A model generated the notes under the pieces. The model made no database searches. It was not told the origin of the DNA and worked only from the letters and a program-made list of their open reading frames with translations. A stretch of DNA of 62,629 nt, counting the filler, from Globobulimina sp. (taxonomy: Eukaryota): the NCBI GenBank assembly GCA_003354225.1. It is 36 parts of 36 records of this genome, joined end to end, with 100 filler letters (N's around TTAATTAATTAA, not from the genome) between each part and the next. Parts side by side here need not be neighbours in the genome. Positions count along the whole stretch, not along the records: positions 55,764 to 57,405 come from PIVH01013742.1; positions 57,506 to 59,147 come from PIVH01013743.1; positions 59,248 to 60,888 come from PIVH01013744.1; positions 60,989 to 62,629 come from PIVH01013745.1; 32 more parts are not named here. One strand, 5' to 3'. The position numbers and the translations under genes are program-made. Below are positions 56,650-62,629 of this stretch, in pieces; the first letter of the stretch is position 1, and every line of letters starts with the position of its first letter.

Positions 56650-57505
56650 AGTAGTAAATTGAAGAACTGTTTTTGTGATAAAACAATTGGAAAATTTCTT
56701 AGTCACTCACACTCAGTGAAAAAAGAACAAAAGTAATAATAATAGAATATAGACGATAGGATACAATGTAAACAATATATAGATTTACAAAAATAATAAA
56801 ATATCCAGAAAGAGTCACCTAAACATTCATAAATTGTGAACGAATGGAAAGGGCAAAAATGGATAATATATTGGAGGAAAATAACAGTTTGAGATACAAA
56901 TCCAACATAAAATACTAATAAATAGATCAGAAGAAATAATAGATTAATAAAATGATTTAAAATATGTACAATGATAGAACAACAGGCAAATAAGTGATTG
57001 TTTGCTTCTTTTTTGCTTTGCTTTCCTCTGCTTCTGTAATAATTTAATTCTCTTTCTCTCGATTTCATTCTTCGCCTTAATTTGGGCAATGGTTTGAGTG
57101 GCCAAATTGATGCGGGCCCGCGTAGATCGCTTTGGATATTGTGTTGGCAACGGGATATTCTGGATCTGTTAACACCGAAACTTACAACATTAACCATAAG
57201 TTGCTTGCGAATACTTGCTGGAATTGCAACACATAAACCATTTTCCGATTTGATTTGATCGAAACAAGAAAGCCAGAAACATAAATGTATCCACTTCTCA
57301 CCATCCAAATTTTTTTCTCGATCCTGCAGTATTCCATACATTCTTAAATATATTGCATAAATTTGATCGCAATTGAAACCCAAATCAGATGCTCGAAATC
57401 AATAANNNNNNNNNNNNNNNNNNNNNNNNNNNNNNNNNNNNNNNNNNNNTTAATTAATTAANNNNNNNNNNNNNNNNNNNNNNNNNNNNNNNNNNNNNNN
57501 NNNNN

Positions 57506-58479
57506 CAACCCAGCATTGGCAAAATAAAATATTACAATGGAATAAAAAATATGAAGATTGCTCATTTACTTGTTCAAACGAATATGGTTGTTGGAATTCT
57601 ACATTCATTTGCCCAGCAACAGTCAGTTTATGCACAGTAACATGTACAAATCATTATGCATGTCATTCAACCAACATTATTTGTGCCAGAAATAGCGAAT
57701 GTAATATCATTGGAAACGGCAAATATTCGTTAGCGTATTCTAAAATAAATGGACCATACTTACATAAAACAACAATTCAATGCAAACAGGATTATTCATG
57801 TAAACAGTCATGGATTGATGCCCGACATTCTACAAATTTAAATCTTTTATGTCACACAAATACGCAATATGATGGCTGCCAAGATATTATATTATACTGT
57901 CCATATAATGATGGCGATGCAACCACGATCACTCCAACCTGCTCTATTCAACGTATATCTGTTTCTATTCTAAATAAGTCTGACATGAAAACATTTATAT
58001 AAAAAACAGAAACGAGATCTCATCCACAAAGAATAACACATAAAAAACTGACATTTTATGCGCGAAACAGTTTCTCGGATATGGATATTTCATGGGATGT
58101 TCCCGTAAATGGAGAATCGCAAATGTTTTGCGGAAACGAATATAAATATGGGTGCTATATTGGAAGTGCGTTAATTGATACATATAGATACCAATGGAAT
58201 TGTATTGATCATGATTCGCATTGTTATGTAAATTATGGACATAATGGTGATAAACAAACACTGGGTGCAATATGGAACAGTGATAGTATTGTAACTATAT
58301 TATATATATGTACTTTTACAATTGTATTAATATTAAGTTGTCGCTATGGACGTAAATCGTTGCAAATAAAGAATAAATATAAAAATAAAAATGTCAAATT
58401 GAAAAACAAAGGAAATGTAAAATCGCCTAATCGACATTTATTTGATATGGGTGGAGCTGGAACCAACAGTTTTATGTAA
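57506..58479 (+). CDS. Cys-rich repeat surface protein with C-terminal TM, spliced, 5'-truncated
   Basis: Regularly spaced Cys motifs (..C...YSC....I..), then TM IVTILYICTFTIVLILSC. Confidence 0.55.
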
Positions 58480-58631
58480 TACTATTTCTTTTCGCAAGTC
58501 TTTCATATTGTTTATACTCGTTTTGTTGAATTATTCTCGTTTTTGTTCATATGTTTTCACGTATTAAATGCAAAAAGGTTTATTGTTTAAATGTGTAAAC
58601 GGCCACAAGTTTTTGTGCTTTTTAACAAAGA

Positions 58632-59147
58632 ATGTCAACGGAAGGAATTTGGACGAGATTAAATGAGGCTCCTTTGATTAAATTTGAGTCAATCACTAAG
58701 TTGGGTGATGAAGAATTTATGATAGCACCATATGGAGGTAAAATAAATCGTAATGTACCATCAAAATTGTATAAATATCATACTACCAACAATGAATGGT
58801 CTATATTTATTGAGGATTCGCAACATTATGTTGAAAAAGCATCATTTGCAGTTGACGCCAACTCAAATGAATTATATTTCTGTAAAAGTGAAGCTAACCC
58901 ATATAATCAACATACAGTGATTGGTGTCATTGACATAATGCAAGAATCATTGACAAATATTCATAAAATTGATGCAATCATCAAAGAATGTGACGATGCA
59001 AAGGTTTGCTGTTTGATGATGAATAATAAATTAAATGTAATTGGTAATGCTCATTATATTTGGAACGATACAACAAAGAAATTGGAAACTGTCAATAGTA
59101 ATATTGGCTGTGTTAAATTTATAAACATTTTGCATATAACATCAAGA
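58632..59147 (+). CDS. Kelch-like beta-propeller protein, 3'-truncated
   Basis: LYKY.T..NEW, NKLNVIG..HYIWN. Confidence 0.5.
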
Positions 59148-59247
59148 NNNNNNNNNNNNNNNNNNNNNNNNNNNNNNNNNNNNNNNNNNNNTTAATTAAT
59201 TAANNNNNNNNNNNNNNNNNNNNNNNNNNNNNNNNNNNNNNNNNNNN

Positions 59248-60695
59248 GAAAAAAACCGAACATAATAATTTCTGTTCGTGTTGTCCCTGTGGTAAAAACG
59301 CACATTCTGCGCGGTTAACATTTGGCATTTTGTGTGATGACAGTAAGTGCATCAACGCAAATGCAATGAATCCGAAATTTAATAAACAATTTCCATATAA
59401 GTTCTTATTTCAAAGTAAGCGTTTGTTTGAGCAGATATATCGTAATAAATTTATACGTTTATTTGATTCGAGTGCAAGGAAACAAGGCGCCCAACTTAAG
59501 TTAGCTGAAATCCATACGTATGATTTGAGTGTGTTTGAATACCCAAAGTACGAAATTGACACTATGTTAACTGCACAATTTGCATTACCGTCCACCTCAC
59601 CCAATGATATCAGCTCTAACTCTGCGGAGTTAATGCGTTTACACAATAAGGAATCGCGCAAGATTCAGAAACATATTCAACAGCAGGAAGCAGTGGAAAA
59701 TTACTTCATGCGTTCCTTTGATAGCAGGAACTTGGCGGAATTTGGGGAGACTATACTTGAGGAAGATTATGGTGTGATGCTCGAAACGCGCGTTGTGAAC
59801 TGCTTAAATAAGGTGTTGTCCATAATAAATCCGCCTGTGGTTTACAGCAAAGCATCAAATTCAAATTCAAATGGAATGGAGATGCAATCCATGGATAGGA
59901 ATACCAGTAATACATCGGATGCGGAGGCAAACAGAAAAAGAGGACATTCCGTATGTTGTGGACATTGTTATGTGTCATTTGGTATGGTGGTGTTTGCCAT
60001 TATTATGGCTGTCATCGTCGGTATTGGTGGATTAAACATTTGGTTGATTGGTAATGCGCCAATGCAAGCCACTATTGAGCACATATTAGGATTCTCACAG
60101 AAAATGATTGCCGCCGAGGCGCAGTATGTGGCACAAAGGGCGGTATTCTCCACGCAGCAATTCATTGATTTTTCCAATGTATTGCCAGATGTTACGCAAT
60201 CGATGGATAACCAACAAGTATTTGATTCTTTTTTGGATAATAACTTAATTGCATCGCCTCGATTCGATGGCATTATACAAATTGCACATAATAACACAAA
60301 CAGTGTTACAACCTCAACTTTTATCTTTAACAAAGAGGAAAATGAGCTACATCATTATGATTGTAATTTAAATCTAGCTGTGGATGATACAGATAATGCA
60401 CAAAATTGTATGGCTGATTTATATACAATGTCCAGTAAGATATGGGACGATCGGGACAATGGCTTGTTATCCAGTCATACCAATAGTTATTTCATTGCTA
60501 ATTCCATCATCAATGCGGATATGACGGGTGGATCCATATGGTTTGTTACCTGGCGATATATCAATTCGACCAACTTTATTATTGGCGCGATATTTGACAG
60601 TCAGCGCATCAACGAAGAATATGCCACTTTGACCTTTGCGAAAGAAGGCATTGTATATTGGCTCACAACCGATGAATATACGCATGTATGTCACT
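59248..60695 (+). CDS. Membrane signalling-type protein (cytosolic region, TM, extracellular sensor-like region), cut by a foreign junction
   Basis: Long ORF with one strong TM (FGMVVFAIIMAVIVGIGGLNIW). Family assignment is tentative. Confidence 0.5.
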
Positions 60696-60888
60696 ATCGA
60701 ACTGCGGTTACTTGCCCACATGAGTGAAGACCCAAAGTTGCTTGCAGCTTTCCAAAACCAGGAAGACATTCATGCTTCTACGGCGGCCTCTGTTTTTGAG
60801 GTCCCTCTAGATCAAGTCACTAAAGAGATGCGCGCCCAAGCAAAAGCTGTGAACTTCGGAATCCTTTACGGGCAGCAGGCCTTCGGCC
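60696..60888 (+). CDS. polA: Bacterial DNA polymerase I fragment (motif A end to motif B), Chlamydiae-like
   Basis: IELRLLAHMSED..L..AF...EDIH..TA..VF..P...VT..MR..AKAVNFGILYGQQAFG. GC is clearly higher than upstream. Confidence 0.92.
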
Positions 60889-60988
60889 NNNNNNNNNNNN
60901 NNNNNNNNNNNNNNNNNNNNNNNNNNNNNNNNTTAATTAATTAANNNNNNNNNNNNNNNNNNNNNNNNNNNNNNNNNNNNNNNNNNNN

Positions 60989-61344
60989 AAAAAGGCGATT
61001 TGAGCCCCAAAATATGTTTCTTTGTCAGAAATATCATACACAATTATCGCTGCATATGCACCGCGATAATATAATGGTGTCATTGATCTATATTTTTCCT
61101 GTCCAGCTGTATTAATTGATCGATATGAGTTATTGATATGTAATGTAATATGTTTACCTGTGTCCCAAATATCGAATTTAATTTGCCGGTTATTGACATT
61201 TATCACCTTCGTGGTAAAGGCTGCACCGACTGTTGGTGGTTTGTGTTCGTTGTAAATATCTGATGCAAATCGTTGGAGGACAGATGACTTTCCAACAGAT
61301 GCATTCCCCAATAATACCAATTTTACACTTGCTAAAGAGCTCAT
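60989..61344 (-). CDS. Rab5/Rab22-family GTPase, 3'-truncated (intron 61107..61157)
   Basis: KLVLLGNASVGKSS, PTVGAAF, IWDT|AGQEKYRSM.PLYYRGA.AAIIVYDI. Confidence 0.9.
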
Positions 61345-61379
61345 AGCAGTTAACTGAAGTAAAGAGTTTTAATTTGAAA

Positions 61380-62281
61380 ATGAACAAATATCCTGTATTG
61401 GATGACATTGGTTTAACACAAAATAAATCAGAAATTGTGGAATGTTTAAAATTACGATATAAAAATAGTGATCCAAAATGTATATTGTCCATTGAGTGGT
61501 TATATTGCATAATCTCGAGCCAATTACAAATTATTGTGTACAAAATACATATTATTCATAACGAACAATATCTGATATTAACCGACTTATTAGGCTTATT
61601 GTCAAATTTAGAAATTTATTTGGATCTATCCACAAAAAAAATATTAATCAACGAAAATAAAGTGAGAGAAAAATTGGATGATTTGTCAACAAAAAAATTA
61701 CGAACAAAAAACACCGTTAAAACATCAGAACAATTGAGTTTATCAAAGGATTTACAAAAAGTAGTTCATGTTAATTACATTTAATTTATTTGTTTGACGC
61801 AATTTCGCATATTTCCAATATATGAATATATGAATAATAGGATGATTTAGAAGGACTTCGTGAGCGGAGAGAGGCAACATTTTCAACATTAAGTGCAATG
61901 GTAACAGAAAGAGCAAATACCGCCGATATAATGGCGTCATTAAGATTTTTCGGCGGAAAAATACAAAAAACATTTCCATCTCTAAAGTGTTGTTTTAATA
62001 ATGGCGATCATCAGCAATTTATAGATAACAATATTCAGTATACTTCTAAATTAGCTCTGATGATGCAAGATTGTCATACATTTTTACAGGAAAACCATAT
62101 TTTAAAGGAAATAATTGAAGAGAACAATAGTCAAAGTCAAGCATTTGAGACGCTCAATGAAAGAATGAGTGTAACAATACGTAGTATGAACCAACATTGT
62201 AGCACTTTGCAAGAGTTATTTGAATTAAAAAGCAAATTAGGAAAACAGTTGGTGAAATTTGTCAAATTCCATTGGAAGTGA
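61380..62281 (+). CDS. Hypothetical coiled-coil protein, spliced (intron about 61761..61840)
   Basis: Removing the GT..AG segment joins ORFs 61374..61784 and 61898..62281 in frame. Confidence 0.5.
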
Positions 62282-62629
62282 ATTGAAATTAAACAATACT
62301 TTTTATACAGAGACAGATACAGTTATGAATATATAGTACTAGTTCTAGTTCATTTGTAGTAAAAATAAGTAAATGTAGTTTTAATTGTTCTATTTATGAT
62401 TTACATATTTTGCTTTTTGCAGAACTGACAGAAAAATATAAATATTGGTTCGCCATAATGCCCCAAATATGCATGATAAAATGGCAAGCGCTTGCATAAT
62501 TTTTATTGTTTTTCACACCAAAGTAAATTGCTGCTGAATAGCAAAATAGAAAACCAATCAAACCGGGATAAAAATACATATCCCATTGATATTGGCTAAC
62601 ATTATAATAAGCAATATAAAAATGATAGA

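Noticed and set aside
1644-60988. Regularly spaced TTAATTAATTAA palindromes resembling a CRISPR-like or repeat array
   Set aside because: They are N-flanked artificial linkers. ORFs ending in X-runs or LIN are artefacts of them.
1-62629. rRNA, tRNA, CRISPR arrays, prokaryotic defence operons
   Set aside because: None recognised by eye. A covariance-model scan would be needed to exclude small RNAs.

Overview
This window is not contiguous DNA. It is 36 unrelated short contigs (1643, 1642, then 1641 bp, sorted by length) joined by 35 artificial 100-nt linkers (44 N + TTAATTAATTAA + 44 N), so nothing can be inferred across a linker. Most contigs are AT-rich eukaryotic genomic DNA with short GT-AG introns (about 50-100 nt). 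The gene families look like those of a rhizarian protist, most plausibly a foraminiferan (inference, not proven). Recognisable genes: BLTP2/FMP27, importin-alpha-like, SPX, mitochondrial uL22, a DMT transporter, Ras/Rab GTPases, a Sen1-like helicase, kinesin, NOT3, CAMK and NDR kinases, carbamoyl-phosphate synthase and PCID2. Mobile DNA: a BEL/Pao gag-protease, a CRE-type non-LTR endonuclease tail, a Polinton/Maverick integrase-penton block and Penelope-type hammerhead ribozyme motifs. At least two contigs fuse prokaryotic DNA to host genes (a Chlamydiae-like polA piece; a phage/bacterial operon junction), which suggests amplified single-cell DNA with chimeras. The best lead is a plant-type PLS-PPR-E1-E2-DYW cytidine deaminase with intact catalytic motifs in host-like DNA, pointing to organellar C-to-U RNA editing in this protist. 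The second lead is an apparently expanded family of divergent ADP-ribosyltransferase-like proteins seen on several independent contigs.
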